Source: Comamonadaceae bacterium
Lineage (GTDB): Bacteria; Pseudomonadota; Gammaproteobacteria; Burkholderiales; Burkholderiaceae_C
Length of the DNA: 44,193 nt
Direction: 5' to 3'
Assembly (NCBI GenBank): GCA_012274225.1
Contig: JAAOZX010000211.1
Span: 1-44,193, forward strand
Position numbers and translations under genes: made by a program
Shown here: positions 1 through 9,380 of the stretch, in pieces
How positions within the stretch are numbered: the first letter of the stretch is position 1
How the letters are laid out: each line of letters begins with the position of its first letter
Notes under the pieces: generated by a model
Databases searched by the model: none
Told to the model about the DNA's origin: nothing
What the model saw: only the letters and a program-made list of their open reading frames with translations

Positions 1-147
1 AGTCCGCGCGCGAAGCGCGGACCGTCACAGTATGAGCCTCTGCCGGGTGCCGCCTGACGCGACGCGCTGTGGCTCGACTGCTGGCCACCGCCTGCCTTGA
101 CGCGCGGCCCCTCGAGACGGAGAGCGCGCGCGACCTAAACCAGGGAA

Positions 148-1134
148 CTAGCTGCCCAACAACTGAACGATCGACCCGCCGGAGTGGATGTTGGAGATCG
201 CATCGGCGAACAGTTTCGCGCTGGACAGCACCACCAGCTTGTCGCGGACCTTGCCCTGGCTCACCCGGAACGGCGGGACCGAGTCGGTGACGACGATCGA
301 GTTGAGCGCGTCATCGGCCAGGACCTGCGGCGCATCGCCGACGAACAGGCCGTGTGACGCCGCGGCATGAACGGCTGTGGCGCCCAGCGAGCGGCAGGCC
401 TTGACCGTGCGCGCAATGGTGGTGCCGCTGCCGATCATGTCGTCGACGATGACGGCGGTGCGCCCCTTGACGTCGCCGACGATCAGTTCGCCGCTCACCA
501 CGCCCTCGCTTCGATGCTTCTCCGCGAAAGCCGCGGCGATTGGGCGGCCCAGCGCGGCGCCCAGGCGCTGGCGGAAGCGGTCGGCGCGCTTGATGCCGCC
601 GGCGTCGGGCGCGACCACCACCACGTCCTGGCCGCGCAGCAGCGCGGCGAAATGGTCGACGAACAGGCCGTTCGCCTCCAGGTGCTCGGTGCGGCAACGG
701 AAGGCGTTCTGGAACGCAGCGAGGTTGTGCACGTCGATCGTCACCAGCCGGTCGGCGCCGACGGCTTCGAACAGGCCGGCCACATAACGGGTGGTGACCG
801 GATCGCGTGACTTGGACTTCTGGTCCTTGCGCGCATAGCCCAGGTAAGGAGCGACGGCGGTGACCGAGCGTGCCGAGGCATCCTTGAGCGCGCCGATGAA
901 GAACAGCAACCGGCACAGCTTGTCGTTGACACTCTGCCCGGCGTCGCCGTACAGCGATTGCACGACGTAGACGTCGCGCGAGCGGACATTGACGAGCGGT
1001 CGGCTCTTGTGTTCCCCGTCCTCGAAACTGCGCTCTTCGTGCGGGCTGACGGCGAACCCGAGATGGTGGGCCACCGCTTCGCCGAATTCACGGGAGGCGT
1101 CGAGAGCGAAGAGGCACAGGGCGGACGAGTTCAT
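148..1134 (-). CDS. prs: ribose-phosphate pyrophosphokinase (PRPP synthetase)
   Basis: [24 protein letters not shown] and [10 protein letters not shown] (PRPP-binding loop) motifs. Confidence 0.95.
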   Translation of the reverse strand: MNSSALCLFALDASREFGEAVAHHLGFAVSPHEERSFEDGEHKSRPLVNVRSRDVYVVQSLYGDAGQSVNDKLCRLLFFIGALKDASARSVTAVAPYLGYARKDQKSKSRDPVTTRYVAGLFEAVGADRLVTIDVHNLAAFQNAFRCRTEHLEANGLFVDHFAALLRGQDVVVVAPDAGGIKRADRFRQRLGAALGRPIAAAFAEKHRSEGVVSGELIVGDVKGRTAVIVDDMIGSGTTIARTVKACRSLGATAVHAAASHGLFVGDAPQVLADDALNSIVVTDSVPPFRVSQGKVRDKLVVLSSAKLFADAISNIHSGGSIVQLLGS

Positions 1135-1234
1135 GGCGGTCCATTCAGGGGTTTGCGGTAGGCTGGGCGCGGGCCGGGTTCAGGACAAGGTCATCGTCAC
1201 GCGGCGCAGTCTGCGCCGGCCTTGGCACTGCATG

Positions 1235-1248
1235 TTGACCGGGATCAA
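1235..1248. promoter_or_regulatory. FNR-type box upstream of prs
   Basis: TTGAC-CGGG-ATCAA; minus-strand -10-like CAGACT (1213-1208) 21 nt away. Confidence 0.75.
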
Positions 1249-1378
1249 AAATCGGACCGGCGTTCGCTGTAACTCGACGCTTCGCTGCCGTGGCAATCCG
1301 GCGTCGGTCTCGAATCCATCCGGTAGCGGCTCCTCGCCGTCCAGCTCGAGCGTATGCGCGGGCGAACGACCGCAGGTG

Positions 1379-1392
1379 TTGCGTCAGGTCAT
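1379..1392. promoter_or_regulatory. degenerate FNR-type box upstream of groEL
   Basis: TTGCG-TCAG-GTCAT; -10-like TACTGT at 1414-1419, 21 nt downstream. Confidence 0.55.
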
Positions 1393-1466
1393 ACCCAGCC
1401 AGTTACCGCGAACTACTGTTACCTGTTGAATGTGATCGGCGCCGTGCCGATCGTGGAGGTAACGCC

Positions 1467-3098
1467 ATGGCAACCAAGCAACTGATATTCGGGCAGGACG
1501 CCCGCGACAAGATCCGGCGCGGGGTCGACATGCTCGCCGATGCGGTGAAGGTCACACTGGGTCCGCGCGGCCGCACGGTGATCCTGGACCGGGAGTTCGG
1601 GCCGCCGCAGATCGTCAATTCGGGCGTGGTGGTGGCCCGTTCGATCGATCTGGAGGACCGGTTCGCGAACATGGGTGCCCAGTTGCTGCGCGAGGTGGCG
1701 TCACGCACCAGCGAGATGGCTGGGGACGGAACCACTACCGCCGTCGTACTCGCGCACGGCATGATCCAGGAGGGATTGAAGTACCTGGCGGCGGGCATGA
1801 ACCCGATGGACCTCAAGCGTGGCATCGAGACGGCCATCGAGGCAGTGGTCGCCGAGCTCAAGAAAATGGCCCAGCCCTGCGCCACGTCGCAGGAGATCGC
1901 CCACGTGGCCGCCATCTCGGCCAACAACGACCGGTCCATCGGCGATTTGGTGGCCCGCGCGATGGACAAGGTGGGCCGGGAAGGCGCTGTGTCGATCGAG
2001 GACGGCTCGGGCATGGTCAGCGAATTGGAAGTGGTGGAGGGATTGAAGTTCGACCGGGGCTACCTGTCGGCCTATTTCATCAACAACGCCGAGCGCCAGT
2101 CCGCCGTGCTGGAGGACGTGGCCATCCTGCTGTATGACCAGAAACTGAGTGCGCTGAAGGAACTGGTGCCGCTGCTGGAGGCGGCGGCGAAGGAAGGCCG
2201 GCCGCTGCTGGTGATCGCGGAAGAAGTGGAAGCCGACGCGCTGGCCACACTGGTGGTCAACAGCATCCGCGGCGTCATCAAGACCTGCGCCGTGAAGGCG
2301 CCGGGCTTCGGCGACCGGCGCAAGGCGATGCTGCAGGACATGGCGGTGCTCACCGGCGGCCAGGTGATCGCGGCCGAGGCGGGGCTCTCGCTGGAGAAGG
2401 CCGGGATAGCCCATCTGGGACGGGCACGCCGCGTCGAGGTCGACAAGGACAGCACCACGATCATCGGCGGTGGCGGCGATCCGTCGGCCATTCGCGACCG
2501 CGTGGCGGTGCTCAAGAAGGAGCGCGACGGCCTCACTGGCGAATACGACCGCAAGCAGATCGACGAACGGGTCGCGCGGCTCGCGGGCGGCGTGGCCGTG
2601 ATCAAGGTCGGCGCGGCGACCGAAACCGAATTGAAGGAGCGCAAATTGCGGGTCGAGGATGCATTGCACGCGACCCGCGCCGCGGTCGAGGAGGGCATAG
2701 TCCCCGGCGGCGGCGTCGCCCTGCTGCGCGCGCGCAAGGTATTGCAGGGGATGATCTTGCCCTCGCTGGACCAGGACTCGGGTTTGAAGATCGTCGCGCG
2801 GTCGCTGGAAGAGCCGCTGCGGCGCATCGTCAGCAACGCGGCGGAAGAGCCCTCCATCGTCCTGCATCGCGTGGACGAGTCCGGTCAGCGCAGCTTCGGC
2901 TACAACGCCGCCACGCGCGAATACGGCGACATGCTCGAGATGGGCGTGATCGACCCAGCCAAGGTGACCCGGCTGGCCTTGCAGAACGCCGGCTCGATCG
3001 CCAGCCTGATCCTCACCGTGGACTGCATGATCGCCAACGCGCCGAAGAAGGAAGCACCTACCGCGCACGGAATGGGCGAGCAACCGGACATGTATTGA
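1467..3098 (+). CDS. groEL: chaperonin GroEL paralogue (no adjacent groES; Ser at position 52)
   Basis: [30 protein letters not shown] and [12 protein letters not shown] motifs; start placed at ATG 1467 after a GGAGG SD. Confidence 0.95.
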   Translation: MATKQLIFGQDARDKIRRGVDMLADAVKVTLGPRGRTVILDREFGPPQIVNSGVVVARSIDLEDRFANMGAQLLREVASRTSEMAGDGTTTAVVLAHGMIQEGLKYLAAGMNPMDLKRGIETAIEAVVAELKKMAQPCATSQEIAHVAAISANNDRSIGDLVARAMDKVGREGAVSIEDGSGMVSELEVVEGLKFDRGYLSAYFINNAERQSAVLEDVAILLYDQKLSALKELVPLLEAAAKEGRPLLVIAEEVEADALATLVVNSIRGVIKTCAVKAPGFGDRRKAMLQDMAVLTGGQVIAAEAGLSLEKAGIAHLGRARRVEVDKDSTTIIGGGGDPSAIRDRVAVLKKERDGLTGEYDRKQIDERVARLAGGVAVIKVGAATETELKERKLRVEDALHATRAAVEEGIVPGGGVALLRARKVLQGMILPSLDQDSGLKIVARSLEEPLRRIVSNAAEEPSIVLHRVDESGQRSFGYNAATREYGDMLEMGVIDPAKVTRLALQNAGSIASLILTVDCMIANAPKKEAPTAHGMGEQPDMY

Positions 3099-3112
3099 GC
3101 GGGGGAGGCCAG

Positions 3113-4906
3113 ATGCCGGTTGTCAATGCCGATGTGGCGGCGGTCTTCAACCAGATCGCCGATCTGCTCGAAGTGCAGGGCGCCAACCCGTTCCGCATTC
3201 GCGCCTACCGCAATGCCGCGCGCAACGTGTCCGAACTCGGCGGCAGCGTGGCCGAAATGCTCAGCCGCGGCGAGGATCTCGATGTCCTGCCGGGCATAGG
3301 GGCGGACCTGGCGGGCAAGATCACCGAGATCGTGGCGAGCGGCACCTGCCAGCAGCTGGAAAGCCTGCGCAAGGAAGTGCCGCCTGCCATCACCGAATTG
3401 CTGGCGATTCCGCGGCTGGGCCCCAAGCGCGTCCGCGCGCTTCATCACGAACTGGGCGTGCAGACCCTGCCGGAACTGTTGAAGGCGGCCCGCGACGGGC
3501 GCATCAGCCGGGTGCCGGGCTTCGGCCCCAAGATGGAGCAACAGATCCTGGAGGCCGCCGCTTCGCGCCTGGCGCAGGAGCGCCGGTTCAAGCTGGGCGT
3601 GGCGGCCCAGGTCGCCGATGCCCTGCTGGCCGAGCTGACGCAGGTGCTGGGCGTCGGACAGGTCGTGGCCGCCGGCAGTCTGCGGCGCATGCGGGAAACG
3701 GTGGGCGACCTCGATCTGCTGGTCACCGCCCGGCGCGGCAGCCCGGTGATGGAGCGTTTTGCCGGCAGCCCCGATGTCGGGCAGGTATTGTCCAAGGGGC
3801 CGACCCGCGCCAGCGTGGTGCTGCGCAATGGCCTGCAGGTCGACCTGCGCAGCGTGCAGCCGGCCAGCTTCGGCTCGGCGTGGCTGTATTTCACCGGTTC
3901 GAAGGCGCACAACATCGCGCTGCGGCGCATGGCACAGGACGCCGGGCTCAAGCTGAACGAATACGGGCTGTGGCGCGGCGGCGAGCGGATCGCCGGCGAG
4001 ACCGAAGCGTCGGTGTACCGCGCGCTCGGCCTGGCGTACATCGAGCCCGAACTGCGCGAGGACCGCGGCGAGATCGAGGCCGCGCGCGGCCACCGGCTGC
4101 CCAAGCTGGTGCGCCTGGCGGACCTGCGGGGCGACCTGCATGTGCATACCAGGGAAAGCGATGGCAGGGACAGCCTGACCGCCATGGCCGAAGCGGCCCG
4201 CTCGCGCGGCCTGCGGTACCTGGCCATCACCGAGCACTCGAAACGGCTCGCGCTGGCGCGCGGCCTGGATGCGGGCCGGCTGGCGCGCCAGATCGACCAG
4301 ATCGACGAGTTGAACGCGGGCCTGCACGGCATCACCTTGCTCAAGGGCATCGAGGTCGACATCCTGGAGGACGGCCGGCTCGATCTGCCCGACGTGGTGC
4401 TCGAACGGCTGGACCTGGTGGTCGGCGCCGTTCACGAGGAGTTCGAGCTGCCGCGCGAGCGCCAGACCGACCGGCTGTTGCGCGCGATGGACCATCGCTG
4501 CTTCACCATCCTCGCCCACCCCACGGGGCGCCTGATCGACGAGCGGCCGGCCTGTGACATCGACCTGGAGCGGGTGATCCGGCACGCTCGCCAGCGGGGT
4601 TGCTACCTGGAGCTCAACACCCAGCCGGCACGCCTGGACCTCACCGACCTGGCTTGCCGCATGGCGCGCGACGAAGGCGTGCTGGTGAGCATCGCATCCG
4701 ACGCGCACAGCACCCTGGAGCTGGACCACATGCGCATGGGCATCGGCCAGGCCCGCCGCGGCTGGCTGCGGGCACAGGAGGTGCTGAACGCGAGGCCACT
4801 GACCGCACTGCGGGCCTTGCTGGACGCGACGATGGGCCGGGCCGCGCGGCCCCGGCGAGCCGCTGTCGCCGCGGCCCCGGAGCCCGCCGACGCGCACGCC
4901 GAATAA
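3113..4906 (+). CDS. polX: DNA polymerase X / PHP-domain 3'-5' exonuclease
   Basis: N-terminal lyase/HhH (NPFRIRAY, GIG, LGPK); GSLRR and catalytic GDLD...VDLR; FTGSKAHN; PHP motifs DLHVHT, ITEHS, GIEVD, AHP, SDAH; GGAGG SD before ATG 3113. Confidence 0.95.
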   Translation: MPVVNADVAAVFNQIADLLEVQGANPFRIRAYRNAARNVSELGGSVAEMLSRGEDLDVLPGIGADLAGKITEIVASGTCQQLESLRKEVPPAITELLAIPRLGPKRVRALHHELGVQTLPELLKAARDGRISRVPGFGPKMEQQILEAAASRLAQERRFKLGVAAQVADALLAELTQVLGVGQVVAAGSLRRMRETVGDLDLLVTARRGSPVMERFAGSPDVGQVLSKGPTRASVVLRNGLQVDLRSVQPASFGSAWLYFTGSKAHNIALRRMAQDAGLKLNEYGLWRGGERIAGETEASVYRALGLAYIEPELREDRGEIEAARGHRLPKLVRLADLRGDLHVHTRESDGRDSLTAMAEAARSRGLRYLAITEHSKRLALARGLDAGRLARQIDQIDELNAGLHGITLLKGIEVDILEDGRLDLPDVVLERLDLVVGAVHEEFELPRERQTDRLLRAMDHRCFTILAHPTGRLIDERPACDIDLERVIRHARQRGCYLELNTQPARLDLTDLACRMARDEGVLVSIASDAHSTLELDHMRMGIGQARRGWLRAQEVLNARPLTALRALLDATMGRAARPRRAAVAAAPEPADAHAE

Positions 4907-4928
4907 GACCACACCGAAAGGAGCTGCC

Positions 4929-5678
4929 ATGGAACCCGCCAAGCGCATTGCCGCCGTGACCGGAGGCACCGGGGGACTGGGCGAGACCATCTGCCGGCGG
5001 CTGTATGGCGATGGCTTCGCCGTCGTCGCCCTGCACACGCCGGGCAACACGCGGGTGTCGGAGTGGCTGGCGGCGCAGGAGAGCGAAGGCTACTGCTTCG
5101 CCGAGGTGGCGGTCGACGTCGCCGATTTCGCCAGTTGCGCGGCGGCGGCAGCAGCCATCCGCGCGCGTCACGGCCCGGTCTCCGTGCTGATCAACAACGC
5201 CGGCATCACGCGCGATGCCAGCTTTCGCAAGATGACGCAGGACGACTGGGGCAGCGTGGTGCGAACCAACCTCGACTCGATGTTCAACATGACCAAGCAG
5301 GTCATCGAGGACATGCTCACGCTCGGCTGGGGCCGCATCGTCAACATCTCGTCGGTCAATGGTCAGCGCGGCGCCTTCGGGCAGGCCAATTACGCGGCGT
5401 CCAAGGCCGGCATCCACGGCTTCACCAAGTCGCTGGCTCTGGAATTCGCGAAGAAAAACGTCACCGTGAACACCGTCTCGCCCGGCTACCTGCGCACGAA
5501 GATGGTGGAGAAGGTGTCGCCGCAGGTGCTGCAGGAGCGCATCCTGCCCGAAATTCCGGTGGGCCGCCTGGGCGATCCCGATGAGGTGGCACAACTCGTC
5601 GCCTACCTTGCATCGGAGCGCGCGGCCTTCATCACCGGCGCCAATCTCTCGATCAACGGCGGGCAACACATGTACTAG
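4929..5678 (+). CDS. phaB: acetoacetyl-CoA reductase (SDR)
   Basis: TGGTGGLG, NNAGITRD, GRIVNISSVNGQRG and NYAASKAG motifs; NGGQHM C-terminus typical of PhaB. Confidence 0.9.
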   Translation: MEPAKRIAAVTGGTGGLGETICRRLYGDGFAVVALHTPGNTRVSEWLAAQESEGYCFAEVAVDVADFASCAAAAAAIRARHGPVSVLINNAGITRDASFRKMTQDDWGSVVRTNLDSMFNMTKQVIEDMLTLGWGRIVNISSVNGQRGAFGQANYAASKAGIHGFTKSLALEFAKKNVTVNTVSPGYLRTKMVEKVSPQVLQERILPEIPVGRLGDPDEVAQLVAYLASERAAFITGANLSINGGQHMY

Positions 5679-5795
5679 CCGAGCGCGAGCTGCCACGGGG
5701 AGCTGCTGCGAGAACGATGCCCCCCACGCTGCTCGGTCCAGGGCTTGGTGCGGCGGGCGCAGCTACCGCGCTCGTGTCTCGCGAGCTCCGGTGCA

Positions 5796-5945
5796 TCACA
5801 GCGAATTGCGCCCGCTGAGGAACTGCAACAGGATCACGACGATGGCGACGACGAGCAGGATGTGGATCAGTCCGCCCGCCGTGAAGGAGGTGACCAGTCC
5901 CAGCAGCCACAGGACCACGAGGATGACGGCGATGGTATAGAGCAT
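5796..5945 (-). CDS. small membrane protein, lmo0937/DUF5670-like
   Basis: 49 aa MLYTIAVILVVLWLLGLVTSFTAGGLIHILLVVAIVV..., two hydrophobic helices; AAGGA SD. Confidence 0.85.
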   Translation of the reverse strand: MLYTIAVILVVLWLLGLVTSFTAGGLIHILLVVAIVVILLQFLSGRNSL

Positions 5946-6024
5946 GATGGTTCCTTGAAGTGAACGAATGACCAGTTGGCCCGTGGCCGGTGACCGAACC
6001 CTAGGTCGCGCATCCCATATCGCC

Positions 6025-6038
6025 ATGATCACGGTCAA
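6025..6038. promoter_or_regulatory. FNR-type box for the small membrane protein gene
   Basis: ATGAT-CACG-GTCAA; minus-strand TAGGGT (6003-5998) 21 nt away. Confidence 0.6.
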
Positions 6039-6138
6039 GTTTATTCCGTGCCGCGATGACTGTGTGAGGTACCGAACCCAGGCTTCGTTTACGGTCGAGC
6101 AAGCAACAACTCAGGCTCGACCGCTGCGCCATTGAACA

Positions 6139-6152
6139 TTGACGTGAGTCAT
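6139..6152. promoter_or_regulatory. FNR-type box, BON copy 1
   Basis: TTGAC-GTGA-GTCAT, identical in both repeat copies; -10 match weak (CATAAA). Confidence 0.55.
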
Positions 6153-6205
6153 GGCGGCGCTGGAGCCTGCGCCCCATAAATGATCTGCAACTTCAAAGGA
6201 AAATC

Positions 6206-6532
6206 ATGAAACACGCCCGAGCACTTGCAATTGCCGCCCTGGTGGGCGCCACCGTCGCCACCGCAGGCTTCACCACCGGCTGCGCCGTTGGACGCGGTCA
6301 GGAAACCGCGGGCGCCTATGTGGATGACACCGCCATCACCACCGAGGTGAAAGCCAAGTTCGGCAGCGACCCCACGGTGGCCACCACCTCCATCAGCGTG
6401 GAAACGCTCAATGGGACGGTGCAGCTGCGAGGTTTCGCCAAGTCCGCGGCCGAGAAATCCCAGGCCGAGAGCATCGCGCGCGGCGTGAAGGGCGTTAAGA
6501 GCGTGCGCAACGACATCATCGTTCGGCCTTGA
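6206..6532 (+). CDS. single-BON-domain (OsmY-like) lipoprotein, copy 1
   Basis: signal peptide ending TTGC; BON pattern DDTAITTEVKAKF...ISVET..GTVQLRGF...GVKSVRNDI. Confidence 0.9.
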   Translation: MKHARALAIAALVGATVATAGFTTGCAVGRGQETAGAYVDDTAITTEVKAKFGSDPTVATTSISVETLNGTVQLRGFAKSAAEKSQAESIARGVKGVKSVRNDIIVRP

Positions 6533-6615
6533 GTCCGCCTCGGGGGAACCGCCTCGCAGCAGGCCGATGGGCTGCCGGTAGGTTTTCCTGAAGCACAGCA
6601 TTGGGAAGGCCTGCC

Positions 6616-7413
6616 ATGACTGCAACCGTGCTTGCGATCGACAAAGCCCACTCGTTCCGATCGCCGTGGCCCGCTCTGCGCCGCGCGGAGACGACGGTTC
6701 GCACCGAGAGCTTGCCGGGACAGGCAGGCAACCGGCTGCTCGCGATGCTGCCAGCGGCCGAGTATCAGCGGCTGCTGCCGCACATGGTTCCCGTGCCATT
6801 GCTGCTGGGGCAGGCCATTTACCAGGCCGGCAGCCCAGCCCATCAGGTGTTCTTCCCGACGGACGGCATCGTGTCCATGGTCCATCTCACGGCGGCAGGC
6901 GAGTCGTCCGAGCTCGCGGTCGTTGGCAATGAAGGCGTGCTCGGGATCTTTCAGATCCTCAGCGGGGTGATGTCCTGGCCTTACAGTTCGGTTGTGTACG
7001 CCGCCGGTCACGCGTTGCGAATTCCCGCTTCGGTGTTGAAGCAGGAATTCGAGCGTTGCGGCGTGTTGTTCGATGTGCTGATGCGCTACACCCAGTTGCT
7101 GATGACACAGGTGGCGCAGACCGGGGTGTGCAATCGGCATCACACCGTGGAGCAGCAACTTTGCCGATTGATTCTGCTCAGCCTGGATCGGTTGCCGTCC
7201 AATGGGGTCGTTCTGACCCACGAACTGATCGGGCGCATGCTGGGCGTTCGTCGCGAAGGTGTGAGCCAGGCGGCCAAGCATCTGCAGCAGGCGGGGATGA
7301 TTCAATACCGGCGCGGCCACATCACGGTGCTGGATCGCGCGAAACTCGAGAGGCGCGTTTGCGAGTGCTACGCCGTGGTCAGGCGCGAACAGCACCGCTT
7401 GCTGATGGGCTAG
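6616..7413 (+). CDS. Crp/Fnr-family transcriptional regulator
   Basis: NRLLAMLP, VFFPTDGIVS, VGNEG, CNRHH and HTH LTHELIGRMLGVRREGVS; no FNR N-terminal Cys cluster; start uncertain. Confidence 0.9.
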   Translation: MTATVLAIDKAHSFRSPWPALRRAETTVRTESLPGQAGNRLLAMLPAAEYQRLLPHMVPVPLLLGQAIYQAGSPAHQVFFPTDGIVSMVHLTAAGESSELAVVGNEGVLGIFQILSGVMSWPYSSVVYAAGHALRIPASVLKQEFERCGVLFDVLMRYTQLLMTQVAQTGVCNRHHTVEQQLCRLILLSLDRLPSNGVVLTHELIGRMLGVRREGVSQAAKHLQQAGMIQYRRGHITVLDRAKLERRVCECYAVVRREQHRLLMG

Positions 7414-7503
7414 CAGGTCTGCTGCGCCGGGCACCGCGGCGTACACTTTCACCCGCCTGCCCTCGTGTAAGCGGACCGGGGCCAGCAGTTTCACCAGCGA
7501 ACA

Positions 7504-7517
7504 TTGACGTGAGTCAT
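7504..7517. promoter_or_regulatory. FNR-type box, BON copy 2
   Basis: TTGAC-GTGA-GTCAT. Confidence 0.55.
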
Positions 7518-7571
7518 GGCAGCGCTGGAGCCTGCGCCCCATAAATGACCTGCAACTTCGAAGGAAAAACC

Positions 7572-7898
7572 ATGAAACACGCTCGAGCACTTGCCATTGC
7601 CGCCCTGGTGGGCGTCACCGTCGCCACCGCAGGCTTCACCACCGGCTGCGCCGTCGGGCGCGGCCAGGAAACCACGGGCGCCTATGTGGACGACACCGTG
7701 ATCACTACCGCGGTGAAAGCCAAGTTTGCCGAAGACCCCACGGTGGCCGCCACATCCATCAGCGTGGAAACGCTCAAGGGGACGGTGCAGCTGCGAGGTT
7801 TCGCCAAGTCCGCGGCCGAGAAATCCCAGGCCGAGAGCATCGCGCGCGGCGTGAAGGGCGTGACGGGCGTGCGCAACGACATCATCGTCCGGCCTTGA
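7572..7898 (+). CDS. single-BON-domain lipoprotein, copy 2
   Basis: 98 of 108 aa identical to 6206-6532 by hand count; AAGGA SD. Confidence 0.9.
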   Translation: MKHARALAIAALVGVTVATAGFTTGCAVGRGQETTGAYVDDTVITTAVKAKFAEDPTVAATSISVETLKGTVQLRGFAKSAAEKSQAESIARGVKGVTGVRNDIIVRP

Positions 7899-9333
7899 CC
7901 AGCGCCAGTTCGTCCTGATCGAGCGGCTGCGCGATCGTCTCCAGCTTGTCGAGCACGTCGACATCCGCTTCCGAGGCGTCGCCGCTGCGCAAGCGCAGGC
8001 GCTGGCGCAGTACGTCTGGCGGGGCCTGACAGTCCAGGATGGCGTAGGGGACGCTCAGTTCCTGTGCGAGCGCCTGCGCCCGCGCGCGCTCGGCGCGCAG
8101 CAGGAAAGCGGCATCGAGTACCACCGGGTAACCGGCCTGCAGCAGTGAGCGGGCCGCCGTGAAGAGGTACTCGTAGGTGCGTGCAGTCGCCTCGGCGTTG
8201 TACAGGTCCAGCCCGCGCGAACGCGAATCGTCCAGCATGCCCAGCCCGAACAAGCGCTTGCGTTCGACGTCGGTGCGCAAGCGGATGGCGCCGTCGCGTT
8301 CCAGCAGCCGTTGCGACTCGAAGGTCTTGCCCGAGCCCGGCAATCCATGGGTGATCCACAGGCGGGGAGATGGCGGCGCGGTCCATTCCAGCGCCGTGGC
8401 GACGAACCGCCGTGCGCTTTCCGCGCGCGGGGCTCCGCGCAGATGTTCAACCTGGGCCCGCACCAGCGCGCGGTAGACGGCCGAGAAACGCAGGGCCGGT
8501 AGCGCACCGTGATCGCCGGTGCGATCGAGCCAGCCATTGAGCAATCGGAAAGCGAAGTCGCGGCGCCCGCGCGCGGTGAAGTCCATCACCGGGAACGCGA
8601 TGTCGTCGATCACGTCGATCCAGCGCAAGGCCGGGTCGAATTCGATGCAATCGAAGGCCGCAACGCCGCTGTCCAGGCTGACCACGTTGTCCAGGTGCAG
8701 GTCGCCGTGGCCTTCGCGCACGCAGCCCGCATCCAGGCGGGTGCGCCACAATGGAACCAGCGCATCGGCTTGGGCTTCCAGCCAATCCCGCAGGCGGGCC
8801 AGATCGTGGGGCTCGATCTCCGTCGCGGCGCCTGCCAGGGCCGCCTGGGCAACCCGCCGGCGACCTTCGACGCAGCCGAAGCCGTTGTCGGCCGCCGTGC
8901 GCGGGGCGTCGCGATGAAATTCGCCCAACAACGCGGCGAGCTGGTCGACGTCGGCGCTCTGGAGTTGATTCGCGGCGAGGCGCTCGCCGAACAGCGCGCC
9001 CGGCGGAAAGCGGTGCATCCGAACCGCGTATTCCAGCACCGGGCCTGGACCGTCGATTTCGGGCACACGGTGCGTCCCCGTGATGCGGCTCACGCCGATA
9101 TACAGTGACGCGGCGAGCCTTCGGTTGAGCCGCACTTCTTCCTCGCAAAACCCGCGCCGAGCGTCCAGCGTCGCGTAGTCGACGAATGGCAACTTCACCG
9201 GTTTCTTGATCTTGTAGGCCAGATCGCGGGTCAGCAGCACCCACGATATGTGGGTTTCGATGACTTGCGCGTGCAGGACCCGGGCCAGGGCCGTGACCAT
9301 GGCCTGCGTCAAGTTGATGCCGGCGGTTTGCAT
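7882..9333 (-). CDS. bifunctional APH-like kinase / AAA_33 P-loop protein (Rv2004c-like)
   Basis: IETHISWV, YKIKKPV, EEVRLNRRLA, HGDLHLDN, FDCIEF motifs; P-loop GLPGSGKT; start 9333 or 9300. Confidence 0.9.
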   Translation of the reverse strand: MQTAGINLTQAMVTALARVLHAQVIETHISWVLLTRDLAYKIKKPVKLPFVDYATLDARRGFCEEEVRLNRRLAASLYIGVSRITGTHRVPEIDGPGPVLEYAVRMHRFPPGALFGERLAANQLQSADVDQLAALLGEFHRDAPRTAADNGFGCVEGRRRVAQAALAGAATEIEPHDLARLRDWLEAQADALVPLWRTRLDAGCVREGHGDLHLDNVVSLDSGVAAFDCIEFDPALRWIDVIDDIAFPVMDFTARGRRDFAFRLLNGWLDRTGDHGALPALRFSAVYRALVRAQVEHLRGAPRAESARRFVATALEWTAPPSPRLWITHGLPGSGKTFESQRLLERDGAIRLRTDVERKRLFGLGMLDDSRSRGLDLYNAEATARTYEYLFTAARSLLQAGYPVVLDAAFLLRAERARAQALAQELSVPYAILDCQAPPDVLRQRLRLRSGDASEADVDVLDKLETIAQPLDQDELALVKAGR

Positions 9334-9366
9334 GAAGCAAGGGTAGTGCGCGACGCGGCCCTTTCG

Positions 9367-9380
9367 TTGACCCGGCGCAA
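9367..9380. promoter_or_regulatory. bidirectional FNR-type box (usp / APH-AAA)
   Basis: TTGAC-CCGG-CGCAA; TATAGT at 9402-9407 (+) and TACCCT at 9345-9340 (-), each 21 nt away. Confidence 0.7.

Larger units (their letters stand above)
6134..6532 (+). repeat. direct repeat copy 1 (promoter region plus BON gene)
   Basis: aligns with 7499-7898; about 29 differences in about 400 nt by hand count. Confidence 0.95.
7499..7898 (+). repeat. direct repeat copy 2 (promoter region plus BON gene)
   Basis: aligns with 6134-6532. Confidence 0.95.

Noticed and set aside
6064-6077. GTGAG-GTAC-CGAAC as a site for the Crp-family paralogue (weakly similar sequence near 41753-41766)
   Set aside because: Poor palindrome and too few instances to define a motif.
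6134-7898. Composite transposon or att-site interpretation of the direct repeats
   Set aside because: The repeats are a promoter plus BON gene, with no transposase, integrase or terminal inverted repeats.
7882-9333. Possible aminoglycoside resistance gene
   Set aside because: It is fused to an AAA_33 domain in a hypoxia island with no mobile or resistance context; the APH-like fold alone is not evidence.
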